From an uncultured delta proteobacterium (GTDB taxonomy: Bacteria; Bdellovibrionota; FAC87; UBA2466), in contig CAVZSV010000004.1 of NCBI GenBank assembly GCA_963778115.1, positions 672,001-736,000 on the forward strand: a stretch of DNA of 64,000 nt, given 5' to 3'. Shown here one piece after another: positions 28,166-37,324 of this stretch. The notes beneath the pieces were generated by a model. The model saw only the letters and a program-made list of their open reading frames with translations, did no database searches and was not told where the DNA came from. How positions within the stretch are numbered: the stretch's first letter is position 1; each line of letters opens with the position of its first letter. A program made the translations under genes and the position numbers.

Positions 28166-29662
28166 TTACTCCGCCACTTGTGAACTTTCAATCACTCGCT
28201 TAACCGACGGCGGCGTCCAGCTACCGTTAATGACTTCTTCTTTCGGCCAGTAAAGTCTCATTATCAGATTAAACCCTTCCTGAGGCGCGGGTAACCAATT
28301 CACCGCCAGGTCATCTTTCGGCTGGTCGTGCTGAATAGGAATATCTAAAGACCCGTCGTCGTTAAACTTCAACTTATCCCGATCGCCAACGGCGTATCTC
28401 TTAATGGGATTAGCGACGAGAAACTGGTTATTATTATACAGAGTCACCGACCAGAAAGCGTTGACGGGCGGAATTTGCTCCTTGTCAAAATGAAGGACGT
28501 ATTGATGTTCGCCGGAGAGCGGCTTTCCATCCGAGTCCGTTCGAGACATCGGATAGATGGCGTCTTTGGCTAAATTCGCTCCCAGCCCAACTTTGGCGAT
28601 GGCCGCGCGGTCCAGAAACCGAATTCCGTAACTGCCCAAATCATAGGCCACCATCCATCCGTTAATTTGCTTAGCGGCGGGAGAAACGCCTGCGGCCGCG
28701 ACCTTGTTGATCCCCTCTTGAAATCCTCGCTCAATTCCACGGCGAGTGGAAGCATCCACGTTGTCCAAAGAAAAGGACTGCCCGGGCGAAATTCCTATCG
28801 CGGCAAGTGTCCCTAGAATGGGGGCATCAGCGTCAGCCGGAGGATTTTGGATCATCAAGTGATTTAGCTTTTCATAAAATTGGGGAGCAGTAAGGTTTCC
28901 CACCTGCTCTACTGGGGGAGTTACCGAATCAATATCGGCGTTGTAAGCGACTTCCCGGGGGGCGTGGAACTCTTTTCCAAAGGAACTAAGCGGAGTGAGC
29001 TTATATTGGTCCTGAAGCTTATTGACCGCTTCATAATCTGACTTACCGTTACACTGAGTTCTTCCCAGAATCCACGCGAGGTTCGTCGGGGAGCGTATCT
29101 CTTTTACTCCGGCTGGCAGAAGCCCCGACCATGAGGGGCCTACAAAAGCAAAATCGCCCTTCATCGTTCCCGTCGTTCGTTTCCCGGGCGATGCAAATAC
29201 ATTGGTCCACGCATCCAATGTCGGCATTAGGTAGTAACGTCCTTCCGTATCGGGAACACTTAAGATGATGGGCTCACTGGTTAGGTCAAGCCATGCCACC
29301 GAATAGAGCGTATCAACATTGGGGCTCACCACTTCGGTCAAAGCAGGTCCCGGAAATTTTCGTAGATGAATAAATTGGTTGAGAGGTGCTTTTCGACCCT
29401 TAACGGTGGGGGTCGCGGTCATGACGTCTTTGGTGACCGACATCAGCACTAAGGGGTAGCCAAAGATATAGGCTTGCTCAGCTAAAAAGGCGGCTCGCGC
29501 CTCTTTCTGTACCGCGGACTGTTTTGGACTAGGTTTGGACTTATGCGATCGGCCGAAACTAGGGAAGCTTAAGAGCGTCAAAAAACAAAAGAGAAGAAAT
29601 GCCACTTGCTTTGCCACGGGGAACCACCTTTCTTTCGAACTACAACGATTGGGTAAATACAC
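28166..29662 (-). CDS. DUF1254/DUF1214 domain exported protein
   Basis: AYIFGYPLV, VVSPNVDTLYSVAWLDL, GLGANLAKDAIYP, PPVNAFWSVTLY, NWLPAP...RLYWP. The true start may lie further downstream. Confidence 0.9.
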   Translation of the reverse strand: MYLPNRCSSKERWFPVAKQVAFLLFCFLTLLSFPSFGRSHKSKPSPKQSAVQKEARAAFLAEQAYIFGYPLVLMSVTKDVMTATPTVKGRKAPLNQFIHLRKFPGPALTEVVSPNVDTLYSVAWLDLTSEPIILSVPDTEGRYYLMPTLDAWTNVFASPGKRTTGTMKGDFAFVGPSWSGLLPAGVKEIRSPTNLAWILGRTQCNGKSDYEAVNKLQDQYKLTPLSSFGKEFHAPREVAYNADIDSVTPPVEQVGNLTAPQFYEKLNHLMIQNPPADADAPILGTLAAIGISPGQSFSLDNVDASTRRGIERGFQEGINKVAAAGVSPAAKQINGWMVAYDLGSYGIRFLDRAAIAKVGLGANLAKDAIYPMSRTDSDGKPLSGEHQYVLHFDKEQIPPVNAFWSVTLYNNNQFLVANPIKRYAVGDRDKLKFNDDGSLDIPIQHDQPKDDLAVNWLPAPQEGFNLIMRLYWPKEEVINGSWTPPSVKRVIESSQVAE

Positions 29663-29807
29663 TCGAAAGAGGTTTTCTCAAAGCGCTTGTTGAGTCTGGT
29701 GCGTAAGTCTTACGATTAAGGAAAAATTTGAGGAGCGCGTTTCGGAGGATTTTGAAAGAATCTGTAGCACGGGGCTTTAGCCAACGTCCGTGTAACGCGA
29801 ACGACGC

Positions 29808-29841
29808 AAAAAAGGGGAGGCCTATCAGGCCTTCCCCTTTT
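29808..29841 (-). terminator. Intrinsic terminator of the M14 peptidase gene
   Basis: aaaaaaggggaggcct-atc-aggccttcccctttt, with a T tract on both strands. Confidence 0.75.
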
Positions 29842-29871
29842 AATCAAAACCGAACGTCCGAGTCTTTCTTC

Positions 29872-30954
29872 CTAGAAGTTTTCGATGAAATGATACAACG
29901 CAGGCAACGTCTCGTTGATCAATTGAGGCAGCTCGCTAGGATCTGGCGCGAAATCCTCGCCACCCATTTCAAAACCGAGGGCTAAGGTTCCGTGCTGCCA
30001 GTACCAATAGTCGGCACTCGAACCGACGGCGATGTAAAGGATCTGAGAGATCTGCCCGGCCTGAAACCCAGTGTCCTGAGCCAGGATGTTAGAGATCTTT
30101 TCGAACTTAGGAAGATCGGCTGCCGGGATCGATTCATCCGTATAAGCCCAAGGATACATCACCATCTGAGCGTTGGAATGAATATCGAGACTTCCGACAA
30201 TGTGTTTCGTCGCGAACCATGACATTTCACTTGAAACAGACACGTTAGAAGTGTGATTGGGTTGATCCGGATAGGGATAATCCCGATTGGGATCCAGCCC
30301 ATTCGTATACCGATCCTGATTAATATAACCATCAGGGCAAACTACCGGAATGACGTAGATGATGTGGTTGTCCAGCATTGCGGTCATTCGGGCATCCGTA
30401 CCGTATCCCGAAAGTAGCTGTTGGATCATCGTTAAGGTCAATTCGGGGGTAGCGATCTCGTTTCCATGAGTGGACGAGGTAATGAGAACTTCCGGCTTTC
30501 CTACCGAACCCGTTTTGTTTGTGATCTTAAGAGCCAACAACTGTCGCCCTTCTTGGGATGACCCATAGTTTTCCAAGGAAGCCATCGTGGGATATTGCTG
30601 AACGGTCTGATTTAATTCGGAAACGACCGTATCATACGTATGATACGCATCGTGCCATCCGGGATTGGTGCGATCTTTGCGGGTGAAGACATCGTGAATG
30701 TCCTTCTCGATCAATTTCGCCTGAGGGAATTTCTGTTGAAAGTCCTTGTCCTGATTGGCCGGAACAATCACTTCGACCCGCATTCCCGAACGTTGCTCGA
30801 CATCATACCCCGAGACCAAAGCACGTAACTCGGAAAAGCTCTGTGCTTGAACCGCAAAACTTGAAAGTACTGTCCATTTAGGTGCCGCAAAACTCGAACT
30901 TGAAAACAACAGCAGAAGCGCAATGGTACCTGTCGCGCCTAGTCTTCGTGCCAT
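29872..30954 (-). CDS. Secreted M14 zinc carboxypeptidase
   Basis: HGNE, NRDY, DIHS and FEMG motifs; ATG at 30954 has RBS ggag and a signal peptide follows. Confidence 0.9.
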   Translation of the reverse strand: MARRLGATGTIALLLLFSSSSFAAPKWTVLSSFAVQAQSFSELRALVSGYDVEQRSGMRVEVIVPANQDKDFQQKFPQAKLIEKDIHDVFTRKDRTNPGWHDAYHTYDTVVSELNQTVQQYPTMASLENYGSSQEGRQLLALKITNKTGSVGKPEVLITSSTHGNEIATPELTLTMIQQLLSGYGTDARMTAMLDNHIIYVIPVVCPDGYINQDRYTNGLDPNRDYPYPDQPNHTSNVSVSSEMSWFATKHIVGSLDIHSNAQMVMYPWAYTDESIPAADLPKFEKISNILAQDTGFQAGQISQILYIAVGSSADYWYWQHGTLALGFEMGGEDFAPDPSELPQLINETLPALYHFIENF

Positions 30955-31084
30955 GATTTTTCTCCAGTTAAGTGTGATGGATTGGGTCAAGACCAAGAGT
31001 ATCTTTGATGGGCACAACAATGCCACCAGGGTGGGAATTACTCTTAACCGATGTTATTAGCCGCAATGACACGGCTCAATATTT

Positions 31085-31651
31085 TTAGGGGTTTTTCGGC
31101 ATAAAGTGAATTACCAAGAGTCGATTATCGGAAGTCCGAATCACGTGCGCCAAGATACCGGGGGCAGCCTTTCGGGAATGCGATGCCACCAACGCCGCAT
31201 ACTTCTCGGCCTGATCATTCATTTCATCTGGTGCGGCGGCGTTTCCATAATTTCCCCCAGAGAAATTGATGAATGTATCCGTGTGGGCACTACGAAGGTA
31301 GTTCGCTTTTGAATACTCCACGTCACTTTTCCAAGCCACGGAATCGATGACACGCGTTACCTGGTTACTCTTATTATCCTTGATCAGACCCTCTATGGTC
31401 TTTGCTAGGTCAAAGAGATCGTTCAACCGCACCGAAGCGGGGGCATGGCCTGATTGACCGCTCTCAACTATCTCGTTCCAGGTCGTCTCTAGCTTTCGCA
31501 CTTCGGAATTGCGAGCGATGACTTTAGTTTGCGCCAAGATGGTTCGGTTGGCATTAATCTCGGCGACATCTAATACCTCGGCTCGACAGAGCGATCCCAA
31601 AGCAAGAAGGATGAAGGAGAGGAAAAGAAATAGCGATTTCGGAAAACCCAT
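31085..31651 (-). CDS. Secreted hypothetical protein
   Basis: Signal peptide; 188 aa; no recognisable family. Confidence 0.6.
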   Translation of the reverse strand: MGFPKSLFLFLSFILLALGSLCRAEVLDVAEINANRTILAQTKVIARNSEVRKLETTWNEIVESGQSGHAPASVRLNDLFDLAKTIEGLIKDNKSNQVTRVIDSVAWKSDVEYSKANYLRSAHTDTFINFSGGNYGNAAAPDEMNDQAEKYAALVASHSRKAAPGILAHVIRTSDNRLLVIHFMPKNP

Positions 31652-31852
31652 AATACCCCCATGGCATAGCCAAAAATTAGATGCCGCCCATTATATTCAT
31701 CGCGTCATAAAACACCAGGAATATTATCTAAGTTATCATTATTACATAATAAAACGGCATCTAGTTTATCAACACTATCGCCTGAAAGATCGACGCAATT
31801 TCACAAAGGCTAGGCTCAATAAACAGGCACGTACGTTGCTCCTTCTAGGCTG

Positions 31853-32953
31853 ATGACCTTCTCGCCACCCCATGCTAGCGATTCGCTCTATAAAGACGCC
31901 GGAATTCACTGCCTATATTGTGGGCACTACCAGCTTCCCGCTACGGACCAATTGGATAACTGGACCTGTAACTACTGCTTTAGCGGCCTCATCTCTTTTC
32001 AGATGCTTCTCAATTTAGTTCCTCGAACCCTTTTCGAGGAGATTCTTTCCCAAGGGACAAAACCGGAAATCGACCGGCCCTGTCCGAAGTGCCATCGGGA
32101 ACTTAAGCAAGCAACACTCGTGCGAGCAGATCAGAAAGTGACTCTAGAGTTGTGTGGACATTGCAAACTCTTTTGGTTCGAGGGCGGAGCCATCGTGCAC
32201 CTCGTGCGACTGTCGGAATTGAAGCATGTGATGCTTCCCGATCCGCCCAAAAGAGGAGTCAGAGCCCCTAAGCCGATCCCCAGTACGTTGCCAAAGGAGC
32301 CGGAGAATATTTCCTGGAGTGCGCCACTCCTTTTTTTCATCATTTCGTTCGTTTCGGCGCTTTGCGAGCAGCATCCAGAATTCGTTTCGCGATTTGGATT
32401 CATTCCAGTCCGTGCATTCCGTGAAAATGGTGTTACCTGGATCTCAAGCCTTTTCATAAATCCGGCGGTAAAGATCCCCCACCTATTGCTTTTGCTCTTT
32501 TGTGGAATCTATTGCGAAAGACGAATCGGGTCGCGTAATTTTCTTACTCTTTGCACAACTGCGGGAGTTTTCAGTCAATTAGCTGTGTTCTTTTTTTCGC
32601 AAAGGCCCCAGACCGTATTTACGGGCAGCTTCCCCTTCATCCTGGCAGTCACCTCCTTCTCCCTTTTGCGACTGCCCTATTACGACTTCCTATTCCCGAA
32701 GGAGAAATGGAAATCGCCGATGGATGCAGTGACCTGGACAGGGATCGTCTCTCTTCTATTTCTATTCGTCTTTGTCATTTGGGATATGGTGAATCAAGTC
32801 ATCGTCGCGGGACTCTCCGACGCCACTACCACTTTCACCATTCCTTTTGTGGGGCACATTCCAGCCGGCTTCGGTTTGGCTCCCTACGTCATCAGCGCCC
32901 TGGCCGGGGCTCTTTGGTCGCAGTATGGCAAAACCAATACTGTGCGTCATTAA
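31853..32953 (+). CDS. Zn-ribbon and rhomboid-like membrane protein with degenerate catalytic residues
   Basis: Four CxxC motifs (CLYC, CNYC, CPKC, CGHC.LFWFEGG), then a rhomboid-like FGFIP...SLF...ERRIGSRNF region. GxSG is replaced by GSFP and the TM6 His is absent. Confidence 0.7.
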   Translation: MTFSPPHASDSLYKDAGIHCLYCGHYQLPATDQLDNWTCNYCFSGLISFQMLLNLVPRTLFEEILSQGTKPEIDRPCPKCHRELKQATLVRADQKVTLELCGHCKLFWFEGGAIVHLVRLSELKHVMLPDPPKRGVRAPKPIPSTLPKEPENISWSAPLLFFIISFVSALCEQHPEFVSRFGFIPVRAFRENGVTWISSLFINPAVKIPHLLLLLFCGIYCERRIGSRNFLTLCTTAGVFSQLAVFFFSQRPQTVFTGSFPFILAVTSFSLLRLPYYDFLFPKEKWKSPMDAVTWTGIVSLLFLFVFVIWDMVNQVIVAGLSDATTTFTIPFVGHIPAGFGLAPYVISALAGALWSQYGKTNTVRH

Positions 32954-32974
32954 CGCGCCTCGGGCATAACCTCG

Positions 32975-33002
32975 TGAAGGGAAACCTGAAGTTTTCCGAT
33001 AA
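32975..33002 (+). promoter_or_regulatory. Putative sigma28-type promoter of AAA+ ATPase copy 2
   Basis: TGAAG-N15-TCCGATAA; same -10 (TCCGATAAGT) and spacing as copy 1. Confidence 0.5.
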
Positions 33003-33018
33003 GTAAACGAGGTCTCCT

Positions 33019-34332
33019 ATGTGGTTTCCCAAACGTCCGCAGAGTCTTGAGGAAGCTAAACTTAAACCCCATTTCGTCCACGAAAACATTCTTAAGATCA
33101 TTTTCTCGCAAGGAGCAACGCGCGGACTTCAATTTTGCGATATCCTTCGACTCCCCTACGCACTCATCGATCCAGAGTTGACTCTACTCAGGAGCCAAGA
33201 TCTCATTGCTCCGGTGGGTGGAGCTGGGATCGGAGGCCAAGAAAGACTAGATTTTGCACTGACTCCCCATGGGACGGAAATAGCGCAAAGCTATTCAAAG
33301 CGCTCTGCTTATACGGGGCCGGCGCCCGTTTCGATCGACGACTATACGGTATCGGTTATGAACCAAAAGATTCAGTTGCGAGGGCTTCGAAAGACAAATC
33401 TTGAAACGGCCTTCGCTGATATGATCACTTCCACTCAACAGATAAATCGATTGGGGCCCGCGATCAATTCGGGCGGTCCTATCTTTCTTTACGGAAAGCC
33501 CGGAAACGGGAAGACATCGCTCGCGGAAAGGCTCTCTCGTGTTTTCCGACAGGGGATATTTGTCCCGTATTGCATTCAAGTCGACGGCCAAATCATCCAA
33601 GTTTTTGACGAGAAAGTGCACCGAACCATTCCAGAAAAGGCACTTCCCGACAAACATCCTTTGCGAACTAATCCTTTAAGTATCGACTCTAGATGGGTTT
33701 ACGTTCTTAGGCCTTTCATCATTGTGGGAGGAGAGCTCACTTTAGAGATGCTAGATCTCACTTATCGCGAAGGGCAGGACTGTTACGAAGCTCCGTTTCA
33801 GGTGAAGTCTAATGGTGGGGTGTTACTCGTGGACGACTTTGGGAGACAAATCGTAAAGCCAAAGGATTTTCTAAACCGATGGATATTTCCTTTGGAGAAG
33901 AACAGAGACTTTCTCACTTTGGTAAACGGAAAAAAGATTGAAGTCCCGTTCGAACAGGTTCTCATTTTTTCGACAAATTTAGATCCGGCCGATCTTGCGG
34001 ATGAAGCCTTCTGGAGACGAATTAAGTATAAGATAGCGATCACGGATCCCAGCGAGAAGGATTTTAAACAGATCTTCAAAGGCGTTTGCGATTCGCTAAA
34101 GTTAACATTTAGTGAAGAGGTTTTTCAGCATTTGATAGATGTCCACTATCATCAAGCCAATCGCGAGTTAAGAGCCGTTCATCCTCGCGATATCCTAAAT
34201 CATGTTATCGACCATATCTCTTACTACGGCTTGGAAAATAAATTGACCAATGACCTCATCGATCAAGCCTGTGAACCGTACTTTACGGAGATGGGCGGGA
34301 CCAAAGACAAAAAATGGTCCAAGGCCGGGTAA
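33019..34332 (+). CDS. AAA+ ATPase with N-terminal winged-helix domain (copy 2, paralog of 12759..14075)
   Basis: Collinear with copy 1 throughout: MWxPKRPQSxEEAKL, LGPAINSGGPIFLYGKPGNGKT, LLVDDFGRQ, DEAFWRRI, ending KAG. Confidence 0.88.
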   Translation: MWFPKRPQSLEEAKLKPHFVHENILKIIFSQGATRGLQFCDILRLPYALIDPELTLLRSQDLIAPVGGAGIGGQERLDFALTPHGTEIAQSYSKRSAYTGPAPVSIDDYTVSVMNQKIQLRGLRKTNLETAFADMITSTQQINRLGPAINSGGPIFLYGKPGNGKTSLAERLSRVFRQGIFVPYCIQVDGQIIQVFDEKVHRTIPEKALPDKHPLRTNPLSIDSRWVYVLRPFIIVGGELTLEMLDLTYREGQDCYEAPFQVKSNGGVLLVDDFGRQIVKPKDFLNRWIFPLEKNRDFLTLVNGKKIEVPFEQVLIFSTNLDPADLADEAFWRRIKYKIAITDPSEKDFKQIFKGVCDSLKLTFSEEVFQHLIDVHYHQANRELRAVHPRDILNHVIDHISYYGLENKLTNDLIDQACEPYFTEMGGTKDKKWSKAG

Positions 34333-34352
34333 ATTTGCTAAAATATTACAAC

Positions 34353-36131
34353 ATGCCGAACACGAAATGGATGACGCTACTAGCCGGACTACTCGTCCTG
34401 GCTTCGGTAGTATTTTATTTTTGGCGTGCGCAATTTTGCATGGAAACTTACGATGAGCCTTTCTATTTGGCTCCCGGTTTTCACTTTGCTTCAACCCACG
34501 ACCAGCCCATTCGAGATGAGATACTTAATGGGCCACGCCATTTCGATGTCTTAAACCGTTTCCTGGTGGCCCCCCTTCTCCCCTATTCGGTATTGGTCTT
34601 ACGAAGAGCAGCCGTACTTTTTTATGCCGCCATTTTGTTAGCCTTTACTTTGCTATGCTTTCGAGGAGACTTTGGCCTAACCGCTGCCGTAGTTTTCGTC
34701 GCGTGCTTGCTCGTCGACGCCTATGTCATGCCAACGTGGTCCCATAATTGGTGGTGCCGCAATTTCCTTCTGCTGCATAATCTGTTTGTCGTAGTAGCCT
34801 ATCGCTCGATTCGATTTCGAACCGTATTGCTTTCGGTTGCGGGCGTTTGTTTGGGCATTCTATTTGTTTCATACAATCCTCCTGTCGTAATTCTGCCGAT
34901 CCTACTGATAGGACTTTATTTTTGCGAGAGTCGCTTTTGTCATCAAGAACGGCCCTGGACGACGGTAGCGTGCTACACGGCGGCCGTCTGTAGTCCTATC
35001 GCCGTCGATTTTCTCTACCTATGGAGCCATCATCTAATAAACGATCTTGTCACTGGAATCCAAACCGTTCTCGCTATTCCGGATTATAGTGGAAACACCA
35101 GATTCACAAAATCCTTAACGCTAATAAAAAGTGTTCTTCTTCAAAAGGAACTTTGGCTAGTTCTTTTCATTTCGGCCGTTTCTTTGGTCCTTACGAAAAA
35201 ATTTTCTACCCGTCGCCCCAAACTCTTCCTATCCACGGCGATAATGGCGGTCACCCTAGTGCTGTTGAAGATTCCTATCGCCACCCAAATGATCTTTTTC
35301 CTTCATGCCTTCACGGGATGGGGCGGAGCCGCCTCCTTGGTGCTACTGACTTTCGCTCTTCATGAAAAGCGAAGCGACATCCTTTTGGGGACGATTGCCG
35401 CGGTGGGCACAGGCTTTATGGTTGGGATGTCGTCTAATTCTGGACACAATGGACTTTTTTGGGTAATTCCCGCAGTAGTCATTCCTTTTTCGGCTGTGCT
35501 GACTCAGTGGAATATTACCTCCCCCAAAATCGGTAGGGCCCAAATGGTGGCCCATGCGGCGTTTATTATTTTCGCAGCGACAATAGCGACGGGGGCCTTA
35601 TTTTTTCAATCTAACGCATGTTACCGCGATACTCCTCTTAGACAATGCTCGGTTAAGCTTGCCATCCCCCCGTACACGGGCCTTTATACCAATCCCAGGC
35701 GCGCGTATCTTATGAATGTCCTCTTCGAGCAACTAAGACAAAAACAGTTCGTACTAGCGTTTCCGAATCTTCCCGGTGTCATTCTTTTCCCGGGCATACG
35801 ATCGTCTATTCCGACGACTTTGGTTAATTTTTCGTTTCCCTTTAATTCCTACTATTTGTCGAAGCTTTTCGTTAGACGACGTTTTCCTGAAACCCTGGTT
35901 CGGGTTAAGATTGAACCCTGGACGTGGGGAACGGGGAAGCCAAATTATTTGGCAGTGCCCAAGGACGATCCACTGGTCGCGTTCTCCGACTGCGCCAAGG
36001 GGCCAACGATCGTGGATCTTCCCGAATTTGAAATCGACGCGGTCGATGCTGGCCGGGTGGAATCGTGCGCAGAAACTATAATCAACAACCCCTCGCGAAA
36101 GCGTTTAGCGAGTCTAATCCGCAATCGCTAG
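34353..36131 (+). CDS. Polytopic membrane protein, possibly a GT-C (ArnT/PMT-like) glycosyltransferase
   Basis: YDEPFY motif after the first TM, many TM helices and a C-terminal soluble domain. Start uncertain (34314, 34353 or 34371). Confidence 0.55.
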   Translation: MPNTKWMTLLAGLLVLASVVFYFWRAQFCMETYDEPFYLAPGFHFASTHDQPIRDEILNGPRHFDVLNRFLVAPLLPYSVLVLRRAAVLFYAAILLAFTLLCFRGDFGLTAAVVFVACLLVDAYVMPTWSHNWWCRNFLLLHNLFVVVAYRSIRFRTVLLSVAGVCLGILFVSYNPPVVILPILLIGLYFCESRFCHQERPWTTVACYTAAVCSPIAVDFLYLWSHHLINDLVTGIQTVLAIPDYSGNTRFTKSLTLIKSVLLQKELWLVLFISAVSLVLTKKFSTRRPKLFLSTAIMAVTLVLLKIPIATQMIFFLHAFTGWGGAASLVLLTFALHEKRSDILLGTIAAVGTGFMVGMSSNSGHNGLFWVIPAVVIPFSAVLTQWNITSPKIGRAQMVAHAAFIIFAATIATGALFFQSNACYRDTPLRQCSVKLAIPPYTGLYTNPRRAYLMNVLFEQLRQKQFVLAFPNLPGVILFPGIRSSIPTTLVNFSFPFNSYYLSKLFVRRRFPETLVRVKIEPWTWGTGKPNYLAVPKDDPLVAFSDCAKGPTIVDLPEFEIDAVDAGRVESCAETIINNPSRKRLASLIRNR

Positions 36132-36150
36132 TCGAAAGCGGCATGAGGGA

Positions 36151-37293
36151 ATGGCTCCTATGAAAAAGAACTTTATTACCGGGCTAAAAATCTTACTGGT
36201 GTATGTCGTTCTTCTGCTCGGATTAGAAGGAATAGGACGTGCTACGATCTGGTACTTGGAGTCAAAAAAGGTTTCGGGAATCGAAGCGGAAAATATGATC
36301 TCCTACGACGAACCGGTCGTGGGCTTTGCGTTAAAGAGAAACCTCTCGGAGAAACTTACCTATTGGGATTTGCATACTGACCAATGGGGATTTCGAACCA
36401 CGGGTGAAGAGCTAATGCCCGCGAAGGACCCCAATGAGCTTAGAATTTTCGTCGTGGGAGGATCGACTGTATTTGGATGGAGAGTCTATGACAACGAGTC
36501 AGTTCCGGCTCATCTTCAAAAACGAATCGATGAACTCGTCGCCAAAATAGCTCCTAATACTCCCAAGAAAATCCGAGTCATCAATGCCGGAGTTCCTTGG
36601 TACGCCTCCTGGCATGAATCCGCGTTTATCTTTTTCCGGGTGATGGAGTTTAAGCCCGATTGGATCATCGTGATGGACGGTCTTAACGATGCCGCGAGCG
36701 GAATCTCACCGCGGTGGTCCTCCATCTATCAGGGTTACGTCGATCTTCCCACCCACCTTGCTTTGGAACAGAGAAAGTCAGAAGAAAAGCCTTCCTTACT
36801 GGGGAGCTTGCTCAATCTCAGCCCCTCTTTCCGCTATTTTCATGCAAGACTTAAAGCAAAGGAACAGTTGCGAACCGGCGTCTATCGCCCCGAAGTTTGG
36901 GACCAATATTTTGCTTACATGAAGCGCCTTAACCTGTTAACGGCAGCAATGGGAATCCGCTTTTCCATCTATTTTCAGCCAGTAATGCATACCGATAAGC
37001 CACTCGATATTTTCGAAACGATTCACGACGGAACGAGCATGCGAGAGCCTGAATTTGCCGCTACCTTCCGCAAGGAATATTTGGAGGGGGAGAGTCGAGG
37101 GCTTAGCATGAAGGGGCTTCCCTTTACCAGTTTGAGACGGGCATTTGCGACGAACCGAGCCCCCATCTACTTGGATGGTTTGCATTACAATTCCAAAGGG
37201 AATGAGATCTTGGCCAATTTGATTTTTAAAGATGAAGTGCAGAGTGTAGTCAGTTCTTACTTAGGCAAGACACCACCGTTAGCGATGCGGTGA
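36151..37293 (+). CDS. Membrane-anchored SGNH/GDSL hydrolase
   Basis: VGGSTVFG block I, INAGVP block II, DGLND block III, DGLHYN block V. Confidence 0.85.
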   Translation: MAPMKKNFITGLKILLVYVVLLLGLEGIGRATIWYLESKKVSGIEAENMISYDEPVVGFALKRNLSEKLTYWDLHTDQWGFRTTGEELMPAKDPNELRIFVVGGSTVFGWRVYDNESVPAHLQKRIDELVAKIAPNTPKKIRVINAGVPWYASWHESAFIFFRVMEFKPDWIIVMDGLNDAASGISPRWSSIYQGYVDLPTHLALEQRKSEEKPSLLGSLLNLSPSFRYFHARLKAKEQLRTGVYRPEVWDQYFAYMKRLNLLTAAMGIRFSIYFQPVMHTDKPLDIFETIHDGTSMREPEFAATFRKEYLEGESRGLSMKGLPFTSLRRAFATNRAPIYLDGLHYNSKGNEILANLIFKDEVQSVVSSYLGKTPPLAMR

Positions 37294-37324
37294 GATGAAG
37301 GCTACCCCCCTCTCCCCCCGAGTC

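Noticed and set aside
31011..31025. TGGCATTGTTGTGC as a sigma54 promoter for the M14 gene
   Set aside because: GG-to-GC spacing is 9 rather than the required 10.
29872..31026. ORF-track start at 31026 for the M14 peptidase
   Set aside because: The ATG at 30954 has an RBS and yields a clean signal peptide.
31720..31745. Fur-box-like AATAATGATAACTTAGATA
   Set aside because: Only about 12 of 19 matches in AT-rich DNA, and no iron-related gene is adjacent.
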